Positions 26,927 through 36,369 of a stretch of 64,000 nt of DNA are shown here, piece by piece (position 1 is the stretch's first letter; every line of letters begins with the position of its first letter). Position numbers and translations under genes: made by a program. This DNA is from a virus (taxonomy: Duplodnaviria > Heunggongvirae > Uroviricota > Caudoviricetes), in the IMG/VR virus record IMGVR_UViG_3300012007_000010, positions 64,001-128,000 of that record. One strand, 5' to 3'. Below the pieces are notes generated by a model. That model was given only the letters and a program-made list of their open reading frames with translations. It had not been told where the DNA came from and searched no databases.

Positions 26927-28036
26927 ATGGCAAACGAGATTAAGACAGCGAACGGAGTGGAGTACCGCTTCGTGGGCGAGTATGGCAGCATCCGCATGGA
27001 GAACGCCAAGACCATCAACCGCTATCTGGAACTGAAGAGCGACGAACCTGACACGGAGAAGTATGGCGTGTTCTTCGCCTTCGGCAACGACCAGTTTGAG
27101 GAGGGACGCAAACGCCTTATCGCCAAGGGCTACCTGAAGGAGGGCGAGAAAGTGTGCTCGGCTGGCATGGGGCTGTATGGCATCAGCGAGGAGATAGACC
27201 GCTATCTGGGTTTCTATAAGCAGCGTCACAAGCTGCAGGGGCAGGAGTGTAGCCCGCAGGAGGTGTACTTCTACGAGTGGAACAACCACGAGTGCATGGT
27301 TTCTATGGACGACGATCCTGCGCTGAAACTGATTATCGACATCTTCGGCAAAGAGGCGGCGCACAAGATTAAGCGCGTCTATCCCGGCACTCCTACCAAC
27401 ATACTGGCACCGCTGACGGAGCGCGACAAACATCTGGGCGAGTATGACCACACGCTGAGAATGCTGGGGCGCATGGAGTTCGACCTGCACGGGTTCTTCA
27501 GCGATGGCGACTGTCGCTATCAGCGGCCCGAAGACCTATGGGCGGGCTGCGTAAAAGGCGAGATACAGAAGACAAGGGAACTATACAATGCCCTGCCAGA
27601 CGACATTAAGGACGCTTCGCCTATGACGAAGCAGGAGATAGACGACTATGCCCGACGGCTGGAGCAGTGGGCTGACGCGGAGTTCTCGAAAGCGGAGTAC
27701 GACCCCGTGCCAACGACCCGGCGCGAAGACTTGCCGCAGGAGATTGAACTGCAGAACAAACTCTACTATCGTGACGACGACGGCAACTATCAGACACCGA
27801 CGCACGTATGGTTCTCGTGCGACTCGCGCCGCTGGCACCAGGACGAGCGCATGACGCACGGCAGGGCTATGACAGCCTATCTGGGCAAGAATGGTACGAC
27901 GCTGACGCCGGTACTAATCAGCTGCTCGACCGCGCTGGGCATGAAGCCCTATCGGAGGGACGACCTGTGCAACGTGTCGGCCAAGTATGAGTATAAGCCG
28001 CTGCACGGCAGACTGTATGGGTTCTATTACGAGTAA
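26927..28036 (+). CDS. Multidomain protein with LPD11-like central domain
   Basis: VFFAFGNDQFEE module, then MLGRMEFDL..FF..LWAG....Q..RELYNALP..MT..EID.Y resembling LPD11. Confidence 0.6.
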   Translation: MANEIKTANGVEYRFVGEYGSIRMENAKTINRYLELKSDEPDTEKYGVFFAFGNDQFEEGRKRLIAKGYLKEGEKVCSAGMGLYGISEEIDRYLGFYKQRHKLQGQECSPQEVYFYEWNNHECMVSMDDDPALKLIIDIFGKEAAHKIKRVYPGTPTNILAPLTERDKHLGEYDHTLRMLGRMEFDLHGFFSDGDCRYQRPEDLWAGCVKGEIQKTRELYNALPDDIKDASPMTKQEIDDYARRLEQWADAEFSKAEYDPVPTTRREDLPQEIELQNKLYYRDDDGNYQTPTHVWFSCDSRRWHQDERMTHGRAMTAYLGKNGTTLTPVLISCSTALGMKPYRRDDLCNVSAKYEYKPLHGRLYGFYYE

Positions 28037-28079
28037 ATAAATTCATTCATCAACAAATCAAAATTCGGAGGACGAAGTT

Positions 28080-28946
28080 ATGGCAAACGAGACAATGAAG
28101 GTGGCCGACCTTATCGGCAAGAGTATCAGCAACGGCGGCAACGCCAAGTACACAATCAACAGCATCGAGGGCGACAAGGTGAAGGTGACGTTCCAGATGG
28201 GCGATAGCGAGGGTAAGCCTATGACTATGGGTGTGGCCCAGGTGGAGAAGCTGTTGCAGGGTGGCTGGACTGTTCAGGGAAGTGAAGAGTGTAGAGTGAA
28301 GAGTGAAGAGTTTGCTACCGCACAGGAGGCTCCCAAGGGCGAAGAGCCGAAGGCTAAGACGGTGAAGATGGAGCCGGAGCCTAAGCCCAAGCAGGAACAG
28401 CCCGCCAAGCCCAAGGTGACGCTGAAGCGCAAGCAGCCGCAGGCGGAGACTGAAACCAAGGCGGGCAAGCTGGTGTATAGCACTTATACGAATGCGAAGG
28501 GCAAGACGTGCGCCAAAATCAGCGGATTCACTGAGACGGACGCTGCCTATCAGAAGGAGGCCGCTGCCAGCCTGCACGGCTCGGCTACCTACGAGAACAC
28601 GAAGCAGGGGCGCGTGCAGGGGCGCGTGAACTTCCTGCTATTCGGTCCCCGCTATGCGGGGGTGGCAAAGACCATCTGCCAGATGCTCAACGAGGGCAAG
28701 ACGGTGGCCGACTGTCAGGCGGTGGTGGATGCCGCCACCGAGGAGCGTATGGCAAAGCGCGAGGAGTGGAAGCAGAAGCGCGAGACCTACCGCCAGGAGC
28801 GCGAGGAACATGGGGCAGCCAACCCTGAAACCAAGGTAAATGGAAAGGCTTACTCATCGGCTGACGTGGCCGCTATCCTACAGAAAGTGATGGCGGGCGG
28901 AAAGTTGCCCAAGGACATCGAGGAAGCTATGATGAAGGCGGCATGA
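28080..28946 (+). CDS. Hypothetical protein, ends -MKAA
   Basis: 288 aa; in-frame heptamer repeat at 28281. Confidence 0.8.
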   Translation: MANETMKVADLIGKSISNGGNAKYTINSIEGDKVKVTFQMGDSEGKPMTMGVAQVEKLLQGGWTVQGSEECRVKSEEFATAQEAPKGEEPKAKTVKMEPEPKPKQEQPAKPKVTLKRKQPQAETETKAGKLVYSTYTNAKGKTCAKISGFTETDAAYQKEAAASLHGSATYENTKQGRVQGRVNFLLFGPRYAGVAKTICQMLNEGKTVADCQAVVDAATEERMAKREEWKQKRETYRQEREEHGAANPETKVNGKAYSSADVAAILQKVMAGGKLPKDIEEAMMKAA

Positions 28947-28979
28947 GGGAGAATTGAAGAATTGAAAAATTGAAGAGTC

Positions 28980-29474
28980 ATGGATAAGGATTTCTATAAA
29001 GACCTGACGGCTGCCCTGCGTAATTCGGGGGCAGCTGGTCAGGCTGCACCGAAAGGTGACAGCAATAAGAGTGCGCCTAAGACGAGCACCGCCAAGACTG
29101 CGCCCAAGACCGACACACCCAAGACGAAGGGCGGGGCGAAGGCTGCGAGTGAGCGAGGGCAGAACGGAACTCGTTCAGGTTCTGCTGAGCGTGAGCAGGC
29201 TCGACCGAAGGTCAAGTATGTCATCCCCAAGGAGTTTAAGCAGGCTATCGAGGACTATCTGACGGGTCGGCCAGACATGAGCGAGAAGCTGAAGCAGACG
29301 GGGAAGTCGATAGACAAATGCTGCGAGTATATCTATGGCCGCATGCTGAAGCGGGCGCAGAAGGAGCGCGGCGGGGCTACCACCGTAGGGATGTATGTGG
29401 CACCGGAGGAAATCTTCGGCATGGCCGTGCATTACTACGACGAGACCGACGAGAGTTTGAAGAAGGAGGCGTAG
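28980..29474 (+). CDS. pcfK: PcfK-like protein
   Basis: FKQAIEDYL...KSIDKCCEYI...EEIFGMAVHYYDE. Confidence 0.8.
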   Translation: MDKDFYKDLTAALRNSGAAGQAAPKGDSNKSAPKTSTAKTAPKTDTPKTKGGAKAASERGQNGTRSGSAEREQARPKVKYVIPKEFKQAIEDYLTGRPDMSEKLKQTGKSIDKCCEYIYGRMLKRAQKERGGATTVGMYVAPEEIFGMAVHYYDETDESLKKEA

Positions 29475-29478
29475 GACT

Positions 29479-30792
29479 ATGACACAGAAGGAGTTTGAAC
29501 GGCAGTGTATCGCCATCAACAACCGGCTGCGGGAGCCGGGCGAGGCGACCCAGAAGTGGATAGCCGCCAAGATATTTCCCGCAGGACTTATCAGTAGGTC
29601 ATATCGCCGCCGAAGGGTGCAGTATTGCTCGGAGTGCGGCAGCGAGATAGGCGTGCCGACACAGAAGGTGTGTCCCTGCTGTGGCGCACAGTGGACGGCA
29701 GAGCCGGAGGAGTGGGAGACGCGCCAGTCGGACTACCACATGGTAATGGAGGCCAAAGGCGATATCCAGGTGTGCCGCATCTACCGCGCCGACCGCTATA
29801 CGCACATCTACAAGAAGGTGCGTATGTATGTGGCCGAGGTGGAGCGCATTATGTATGCTCCGACGGGCGAGCGCAGGGTATTCGCCAAGTCGATACAGGG
29901 CATGTCTTATTACTACGACGCCTTCAGCTGGGGTTCGCCTATCACGCTGAAGCGCGAGGGCAAGGGGATGTCGTGGAGCGCCATGATGCGCTACAACCTG
30001 ACGGTGGCGGGCTATACTATCAAAAGCCTCACACAGCAGTGGCAGCACAAGGAGATACCGGCACTGCTGAACCGCTGGGAGGGCAACACCAGTGCGCTGC
30101 GGGTGATAGCCTATCCGTGGGGCGAGACGCTGGCGAAGACGGGGCAGGTGAAACTCTTCAGCTACTTTGTCAAAGAAAAGGAACTGCTGCCACGTGGAAT
30201 GGAACATGCGCTGAACATCTGCACCCGTAATCACTACGAGATAAGCGACCCGACGATGTGGCTCGACCATATCGCTATGCTCCGACAGTTTGGGCTCGAC
30301 ACCCACAACGCCCACTATGTGTGTCCCAAGGACCTACGGGCAGCGCACCAGCTGCTGGTTGACCGCCGCAACCGTGAGCGAGTGAAGCGAGAGGCAGAAC
30401 AGCGTGCCCGCCGCTATGCTGAGCGGCTGCAACAGATGGGGCAGGAGAAGGCCGACTATCAGCAGCAGTGGGGCAAGATGCTATCACTGCAGTTGACGGC
30501 AAAGAACCTGGACATACAGCCGCTGCACACAGTGGATGAATTTGCCGCAGAAGGTGCCGCCATGCACCACTGCGTGTTCGAGAATGGCTACTACAAGTCG
30601 AAGACAAACCTTATCCTCTCGGCCAAAGACGATGAGGGGCATCGGTTGGCCACTATTGAGTACAGCATAGGCACGGGCAGCATCAAACAGTGCCGTGCGG
30701 CCTGCAATGCCGTGCCAGAGAGGGATGCGGAGATACGGACGCTTATCACCAGTCACCGGCAGGACTTCGAGCGGCTGATGAAGGCGGCGTGA
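29479..30792 (+). CDS. pcfJ: PcfJ-like protein, ends -MKAA
   Basis: N-terminal CxxC/CxxC ribbon, C-terminal EFAAEGAAMHHCV domain; follows pcfK. Confidence 0.85.
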   Translation: MTQKEFERQCIAINNRLREPGEATQKWIAAKIFPAGLISRSYRRRRVQYCSECGSEIGVPTQKVCPCCGAQWTAEPEEWETRQSDYHMVMEAKGDIQVCRIYRADRYTHIYKKVRMYVAEVERIMYAPTGERRVFAKSIQGMSYYYDAFSWGSPITLKREGKGMSWSAMMRYNLTVAGYTIKSLTQQWQHKEIPALLNRWEGNTSALRVIAYPWGETLAKTGQVKLFSYFVKEKELLPRGMEHALNICTRNHYEISDPTMWLDHIAMLRQFGLDTHNAHYVCPKDLRAAHQLLVDRRNRERVKREAEQRARRYAERLQQMGQEKADYQQQWGKMLSLQLTAKNLDIQPLHTVDEFAAEGAAMHHCVFENGYYKSKTNLILSAKDDEGHRLATIEYSIGTGSIKQCRAACNAVPERDAEIRTLITSHRQDFERLMKAA

Positions 30793-30823
30793 GTTGAGAA
30801 TTGAAATTTAAACATTCAAAGTT

Positions 30824-31897
30824 ATGGCAACAAAAAGAAACAACGGAGGCCAGCAGAAGAAGCGCGGCTTCCAGATGAACGATCGGCAAAAAGAGAAGTA
30901 TGCCGAGTTATTTACAAGTGCGCTCGACCAGATGGAGGACGCACAGTGGACGAAGCCGTGGGTGGCACCCCGGCACATGGAACCCGCGAACTATCAACGC
31001 AGGAACAAGCCCTATCGAGGGATGAACAACTTCATCCTGACCCTGCTATGCGCTATCAAGGGGTGGGAGACACCGCTGTTCCTCACCTTCGACCAGCTGA
31101 CGGACATGGGGCTATCGCTCAATATGATGACGGACGAGGACGGGAATGTTATCCTGAAGGACAACGGCATGCCGCTGTTCGAGGGTAGCTTCCCAGTGGT
31201 GAAGATGCTGCCTCACTTCTATAAGGACGGCAAGCGGCTCACACCAAAGGAGTATGACGAGCTGGACGAGGAAGAGCAGGAGAAGTGCCGCAAGTTCTTC
31301 AGCATGAGAGCCTGGCCTGAGTTTAACCTATCGCAGACGGACTTCAAGGCGAAGTTCCCGGAGAAGTGGGAGGAGCTGACCCGTCTGCCGGAGCACGACT
31401 ATCAGGCTGGTACCCGCGATGAAGTGCTGGAGCGGATGATCATGCAGGGCGAGTGGCGCTGCGCTATCAAGTTCACGGGACACGAGAGCTACTACAGCCC
31501 CTCGAAGGACATCATCTGCCTGCCGGAGCGCAGCCACTTCCTCGGCGACGAGCTGTTCTATTCGACGGCTATTCACGAGATGGCGCACTCTACGGCGGGC
31601 GAACTGAAGCGCGACATGGGCGGTGGAGGCTTCGGCAGCGAGGGCTATGCCCGTGAGGAGTTCTGCGCCGAGCTGACGGCGGCGTGCGTCTGCTCTATGC
31701 TGGGCATCGGGCGACTGCTCGACGAGCAGCACATTGCCTACGTCAACAGCTGGCGCAAGGCTATCCGCGACGACAAGGACTTCATTCCGCAGGTCATCGA
31801 CCATGTGCAGCGGGCCACAAATTATATCCTGCGCCGCTACGACGAGGTGAACAAGGCGATGCACCCGCTGATGCTGCCTATGCCGATGGCGGCGTGA
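30824..31897 (+). CDS. ardC: ArdC-like antirestriction ssDNA-binding/zincin protein, ends -MAA
   Basis: WTKPW, YRGMN, FLTFDQ; IHEMAHST zincin; YAREEFCAEL. Confidence 0.9.
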   Translation: MATKRNNGGQQKKRGFQMNDRQKEKYAELFTSALDQMEDAQWTKPWVAPRHMEPANYQRRNKPYRGMNNFILTLLCAIKGWETPLFLTFDQLTDMGLSLNMMTDEDGNVILKDNGMPLFEGSFPVVKMLPHFYKDGKRLTPKEYDELDEEEQEKCRKFFSMRAWPEFNLSQTDFKAKFPEKWEELTRLPEHDYQAGTRDEVLERMIMQGEWRCAIKFTGHESYYSPSKDIICLPERSHFLGDELFYSTAIHEMAHSTAGELKRDMGGGGFGSEGYAREEFCAELTAACVCSMLGIGRLLDEQHIAYVNSWRKAIRDDKDFIPQVIDHVQRATNYILRRYDEVNKAMHPLMLPMPMAA

Positions 31898-31969
31898 AGC
31901 CCCACCCCCGCCCCTCCCCGATTGGAGAGGGGAGTATATAGACTATTCAAAGAAAAAATTCAAACGACT

Positions 31970-32173
31970 ATGACAAAAGAAGAAATTGCAAGACAGAAAG
32001 TAATTGAGAATATCACAGGTATGCTCCAGACCACGCCGTTCACCTTCGAGTTCAAGGTGGTGAAGAAGCCCAAGGGCATCAAGATTATCCACGAAGTGAC
32101 GCAGGAGCAGATGGACGCGCTGACCCTTCAGATGGTGGAGCGCAGTAGCAGTATCGAGAAAGTGGAGGAGTGA
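31970..32173 (+). CDS. Hypothetical protein
   Basis: ACGACTATG start. Confidence 0.65.
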   Translation: MTKEEIARQKVIENITGMLQTTPFTFEFKVVKKPKGIKIIHEVTQEQMDALTLQMVERSSSIEKVEE

Positions 32174-32188
32174 AAAACGATTACGACT

Positions 32189-32707
32189 ATGGCAACATTA
32201 GCAGACGAGCTGCGCAGTGAGATTATGCAGCAGTGCAAGGAGAATACAAAGAGCTTCCTTACAAGACGGGAGCATGTTATCAACGAGATAAGGAGCGGCA
32301 AACGTGAGGTGTTCTTTACATTGAGACGTCACTATTGCAATTACGAGGACGAACGTAAAGCAGAGCGTGAAGTGGAAAAGAATGTCGCCCATCCTGAAGG
32401 CTATCGCCTGTCGAGCTCAGGATGTGTGGACAACGTGGGCATCACCTACCGCAACGGGAAGCACTATGCGCAATTCATTAAAGGCAACAACTGGTACGAC
32501 AAGTCGGACTGTCAGTATGTGGACGTTGACGATACGCCGTATTGGAGAAAGGACTATCTGTATAACCGTGAGGAACTGCTCGATCTGGGCGGTTATTTCG
32601 AGCGTGAGGGCTTCCGGGTGTTCGTCAGCCTGTGCAGCGACTACGACGCACGATATCCTTATACCTACAACGCATTTAATATTGCTGACTTGATAGTGAC
32701 ACTCTAA
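32189..32707 (+). CDS. Hypothetical protein
   Basis: ACGACTATG start. Confidence 0.7.
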   Translation: MATLADELRSEIMQQCKENTKSFLTRREHVINEIRSGKREVFFTLRRHYCNYEDERKAEREVEKNVAHPEGYRLSSSGCVDNVGITYRNGKHYAQFIKGNNWYDKSDCQYVDVDDTPYWRKDYLYNREELLDLGGYFEREGFRVFVSLCSDYDARYPYTYNAFNIADLIVTL

Positions 32708-32720
32708 CAGCGTAACAACT

Positions 32721-33086
32721 ATGGCTAACGACTATCAGACATACGGTGAGCGGCGCATGATTGACGGTGTCGCTCACTATAGCCGAGATGAGCGCAGCGA
32801 CGGGCTGACCTACGGCTACGTGTACTGGAACGAGCGGGCCTTCAGGGAGCAGCCCGACGAGGTGTGCTACATTCCGGAGCACGCCTTCGACGACGTGCAG
32901 CCGGTGAGGGTGGACGGCACGGACTACTATCCCGCCGAAGAAGTGGAAGGCTATACGAGGCGCGACCTGGAGCGGATGCTGGAGGGCGAGACCGACGAGG
33001 ACGGCGACGCTATCACGGTGGAGGACTTCTTTCAGTCGCTCTTCTGGTGCTACCCCGAAACGAGACTGATGGAACTGACGTATTAA
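32721..33086 (+). CDS. Hypothetical acidic protein
   Basis: 121 aa. Confidence 0.7.
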   Translation: MANDYQTYGERRMIDGVAHYSRDERSDGLTYGYVYWNERAFREQPDEVCYIPEHAFDDVQPVRVDGTDYYPAEEVEGYTRRDLERMLEGETDEDGDAITVEDFFQSLFWCYPETRLMELTY

Positions 33087-33108
33087 CAAACAGAAAACGA
33101 AACGAACT

Positions 33109-33609
33109 ATGGCAGTAAGAAACATGGACGCTATTGAGCGTCATGGCAACATGATTGCCGAGCAGAAGGCCAACGAGCGCAAGATGCGTGAGGAGAGTTT
33201 CTGGCAGAGAGTGAACACTATCAGGGCGTGCCACGATGATGCGGTGGACTTCATCGACACGGTGGATGCGCTGGCTAAGAACGGACTGTGCGGCAGGTTC
33301 GACGAGTGGATGAAGCAGCAGAACGTGACGTTTGAAGGGTACAGGGGATTGATACGAGTATGCTGCCTGTCTGGGCGCAAGGAGTCGGCACTGGTCGGCT
33401 ACTATCCGAAGAAAGACGAGGTGCATTTCGGATGGAACGGCTACGGTATGGGCGAATCATACGACGTGAAGTCGCCGGGACAGATGGCCGACTATGTGAT
33501 ACACACCCGTATGGTGGCCGACCGTCACTACGACGAGGGCCTGACCAAGCTGGCCGCACGGCTGCAGCCGTTCCTGACGGCATTCTTTGAGTGGGTGAAA
33601 ACGATTTAA
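33109..33609 (+). CDS. Hypothetical protein
   Basis: 166 aa. Confidence 0.7.
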   Translation: MAVRNMDAIERHGNMIAEQKANERKMREESFWQRVNTIRACHDDAVDFIDTVDALAKNGLCGRFDEWMKQQNVTFEGYRGLIRVCCLSGRKESALVGYYPKKDEVHFGWNGYGMGESYDVKSPGQMADYVIHTRMVADRHYDEGLTKLAARLQPFLTAFFEWVKTI

Positions 33610-33621
33610 ACGATTACGACT

Positions 33622-34011
33622 ATGGGACAATGTTATTCTGTGGAAATCAAAGCGAGATTCACTGACGAGGAGGGCGCAAAGAAAGCGCTGCAGGCCAAAC
33701 TTGACAGGCATGAAGAGGAGCGTGTCTGCTACAACCTGGACCACTTCAAGGAACTTGGCATAGGCACTGACAACCTGCACGACCTGATTGGCATATTCTT
33801 CGGCGGATGGAAGGGGAGACTCGAAACTGCACCTGCCGACAAAACGTGGGAGTTTGCCGACTTCGATGCCTCCTATGGCTGGGAGAGTGTTATGATGGAA
33901 GCCTTCGAGGTAATCGCGCCCTACTTGTCTGACGACTCTGAAATTATGATCTGGCCCGATTCCGGCTGCGACCACGGAACGGTCAGGAACGGGAAATGCA
34001 AATGGGCATAA
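33622..34011 (+). CDS. Hypothetical protein
   Basis: ACGACTATG start. Confidence 0.7.
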   Translation: MGQCYSVEIKARFTDEEGAKKALQAKLDRHEEERVCYNLDHFKELGIGTDNLHDLIGIFFGGWKGRLETAPADKTWEFADFDASYGWESVMMEAFEVIAPYLSDDSEIMIWPDSGCDHGTVRNGKCKWA

Positions 34012-34029
34012 CTAAAACGAATAACGACT

Positions 34030-34419
34030 ATGAAGCATAAAGATTTCTATGCAGAAATCATGAATCTGCACAAAAACATCGTGGCCGAGACGGTGGCCCT
34101 GATGGTGGAGCATGGTGTGAAGGAGGTTGAACTGCTGGGTAGCGACTGCGACCATGCCTACATAGTTGGCTATCCGGGCGACGGTGCCGACGTGATGGAG
34201 ATGGAGGTGAACAAGGTGTACTACCGCGACTGCCAGCTGATGCTCGACGTTATCCTCGACATCGACACCGAGGAACTGGCCGAGCAGAGCGAGAACGGCG
34301 ACATCGGCGATGCCTACCAGTGCTGGCGTGCCAACGACTTCGAGCACTTCAAGCCCTGCGGCGGTATCGAGATGGTGTATGAGAGCGTATGGCAGGTGTT
34401 GAACAAATCAAACAAGTAA
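34030..34419 (+). CDS. Hypothetical acidic protein
   Basis: ACGACTATG start. Confidence 0.7.
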   Translation: MKHKDFYAEIMNLHKNIVAETVALMVEHGVKEVELLGSDCDHAYIVGYPGDGADVMEMEVNKVYYRDCQLMLDVILDIDTEELAEQSENGDIGDAYQCWRANDFEHFKPCGGIEMVYESVWQVLNKSNK

Positions 34420-34424
34420 TGACT

Positions 34425-34580
34425 ATGGCAGAAGAAGTAACTACAGAGAAGAAGTACAAGAACTGGAACGTGTGGCGTGACGGCAAGATGAAGAAAATAA
34501 TAACCGTGCCGATGACTACCGGACAGGCGCTGAAGCATTTCAAGGCTGACGCGGTGGAAGGATGTGAGTTGAACGAGTAA
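34425..34580 (+). CDS. Small hypothetical protein
   Basis: GACTATG start after previous stop. Confidence 0.55.
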   Translation: MAEEVTTEKKYKNWNVWRDGKMKKIITVPMTTGQALKHFKADAVEGCELNE

Positions 34581-34590
34581 AACAAGAACT

Positions 34591-35070
34591 ATGAATTTCA
34601 GAAACGACTGGGAGACCACCCTTGAAATGGCTAACAAGGACTTGAAAAAATATGGGATGGAAATCCGAGTGTTGAACGACCCAGACGAGGGCATCTATTC
34701 GTGCGACATACACGACGGCTTTGAGTGGGTGAATTTCGCCGACAACTACTATGAGAATGAGCTGGGCGAGCTGGTGAACGATGCCTGGACACACGCCAGA
34801 GCCAAGGCCAAGGCGAAGGAGCCGGTGAAGGTGTGGGTGGTTACGTTCATCAACGACCATGAGTGGGAACTACCTAACGTGTCGGTCAACGTGTTCGGCA
34901 CGAAGGAGGAAGCCCGTCAGTGTTTGGACGATGAGTGGCAGACGCTGACCACGGAGGGCGGCGAGTGGCAGGAGGACGTGAGCCGTAAAGGCGACGACGA
35001 TTTCATGTTTGTGGACAGTTGCGAGAACCGCGTCATCGGCGAGATCAAGGAGAAGGAAGTGAAACTTTAG
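34591..35070 (+). CDS. Hypothetical acidic protein
   Basis: 159 aa. Confidence 0.7.
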   Translation: MNFRNDWETTLEMANKDLKKYGMEIRVLNDPDEGIYSCDIHDGFEWVNFADNYYENELGELVNDAWTHARAKAKAKEPVKVWVVTFINDHEWELPNVSVNVFGTKEEARQCLDDEWQTLTTEGGEWQEDVSRKGDDDFMFVDSCENRVIGEIKEKEVKL

Positions 35071-35081
35071 CAACAAGAACT

Positions 35082-35474
35082 ATGGGAAAGAAATTCAGGT
35101 GCGAGGCACCTATTGACAACAAGAACCTGATGGAGGACGGGTTTGAGGACGATGTGTTCCAAGACCTCTATGCAGCGAGCGACCACCGCAAGCGTGGTAT
35201 GCGCCACCTGATAGGCCATCACATGGAGTGGGGCAGTGAGGTGGGTGGTGCTATCATCGAAGCCAAGTGGCACTACGGCGAGCACATGGTGGTCATCAAC
35301 GTGCTGGCCGCTGCACCGACAGAGGACTTCGAGGAGGTTCGCAAGGAGGTATTTGCCGCCGCTACCGACACGTTCAAGGAGTGGCAGTGCGACGACAACC
35401 CCGGTCTCGTGGTAGAGACCGAGGTGAGGGACGGTTCTCTGATTGTAAGTTTTTATTTTGAGACGGACGATTAA
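35082..35474 (+). CDS. Hypothetical acidic protein
   Basis: Start ACTATGGGAAAGAAATT. Confidence 0.7.
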   Translation: MGKKFRCEAPIDNKNLMEDGFEDDVFQDLYAASDHRKRGMRHLIGHHMEWGSEVGGAIIEAKWHYGEHMVVINVLAAAPTEDFEEVRKEVFAAATDTFKEWQCDDNPGLVVETEVRDGSLIVSFYFETDD

Positions 35475-35486
35475 AACAGAGAGACT

Positions 35487-35933
35487 ATGGGAAAGAAATT
35501 TAACGTGGATGTGGATATCACCATGTCGTGCCGCATCGAGGTGGATGCGGAGAGTGAGGAACAGGCGAAGACTATCGTGGGCAACTGGATAGGCGATGAC
35601 CCGTGGCAGTACGTCAGGGACGGGCACTACATCAAGCATGAGTTTGAGGAGGTGAGCGAGTGCAGCGACGACCCGAAGGACGAGGTGCTGGAGCAGTGGT
35701 CGATGACGTTCAAGGAGGCGGTGCTCTATGCTCGTGACCAGATGGACGAGGACGACCTGGCTATCCTGCGGGCTCAGGTGAGCAAGAACTACAAGCAGCA
35801 CAATGCACCGGCGACGGACATTGACGACTCGAAGGTTATCGACCTGCTGGAAGAGTACGGCGAGGATCACGACCTGCCGGAAGGTTGGTATCTGGACGAG
35901 TACGATGCCGACGACGTGATGCTGGTGCTGTAA
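35487..35933 (+). CDS. Hypothetical acidic protein
   Basis: Start ACTATGGGAAAGAAATT. Confidence 0.7.
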   Translation: MGKKFNVDVDITMSCRIEVDAESEEQAKTIVGNWIGDDPWQYVRDGHYIKHEFEEVSECSDDPKDEVLEQWSMTFKEAVLYARDQMDEDDLAILRAQVSKNYKQHNAPATDIDDSKVIDLLEEYGEDHDLPEGWYLDEYDADDVMLVL

Positions 35934-36160
35934 CCTATCAGCCCCGCACGGATTATCCTACCCTTCGATGGGATGCGGGGCACGAAGACTCGGGCGGCAA
36001 ATCCGTCTGAGCGTAACGTGAAAAAGCGTTTTCATAACTTGTAATGCCCAAGCCGGGTGCTCCGGCTGGGCTAAATTGATTTTGAATGTTGACTGTGCAA
36101 CTGGGCTGTGAAGTTCGGTTGCATTTTTCTACGATTATTGACCTCAAAACATATACGACT

Positions 36161-36358
36161 ATGACGAAGAAAGCTATCGACCGGGCCTTGGACGAAGGAC
36201 AGGTGGTGGTGCTCAGGCACGACCCTATGAGCCGTCTGTGCCGAGACCTCTTCGGAAATCTGGTGGTGGTGTCGCTACGCCACGACGAAGCGGAGCCCAT
36301 ACGGCTGGCTACCGCAAGCGACAGGAGAGCAGCAACAATATACGAACCAAAACAATAG
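36161..36358 (+). CDS. Hypothetical protein
   Basis: ACGACTATG start. Confidence 0.6.
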   Translation: MTKKAIDRALDEGQVVVLRHDPMSRLCRDLFGNLVVVSLRHDEAEPIRLATASDRRAATIYEPKQ

Positions 36359-36369
36359 GAGGACAGACT

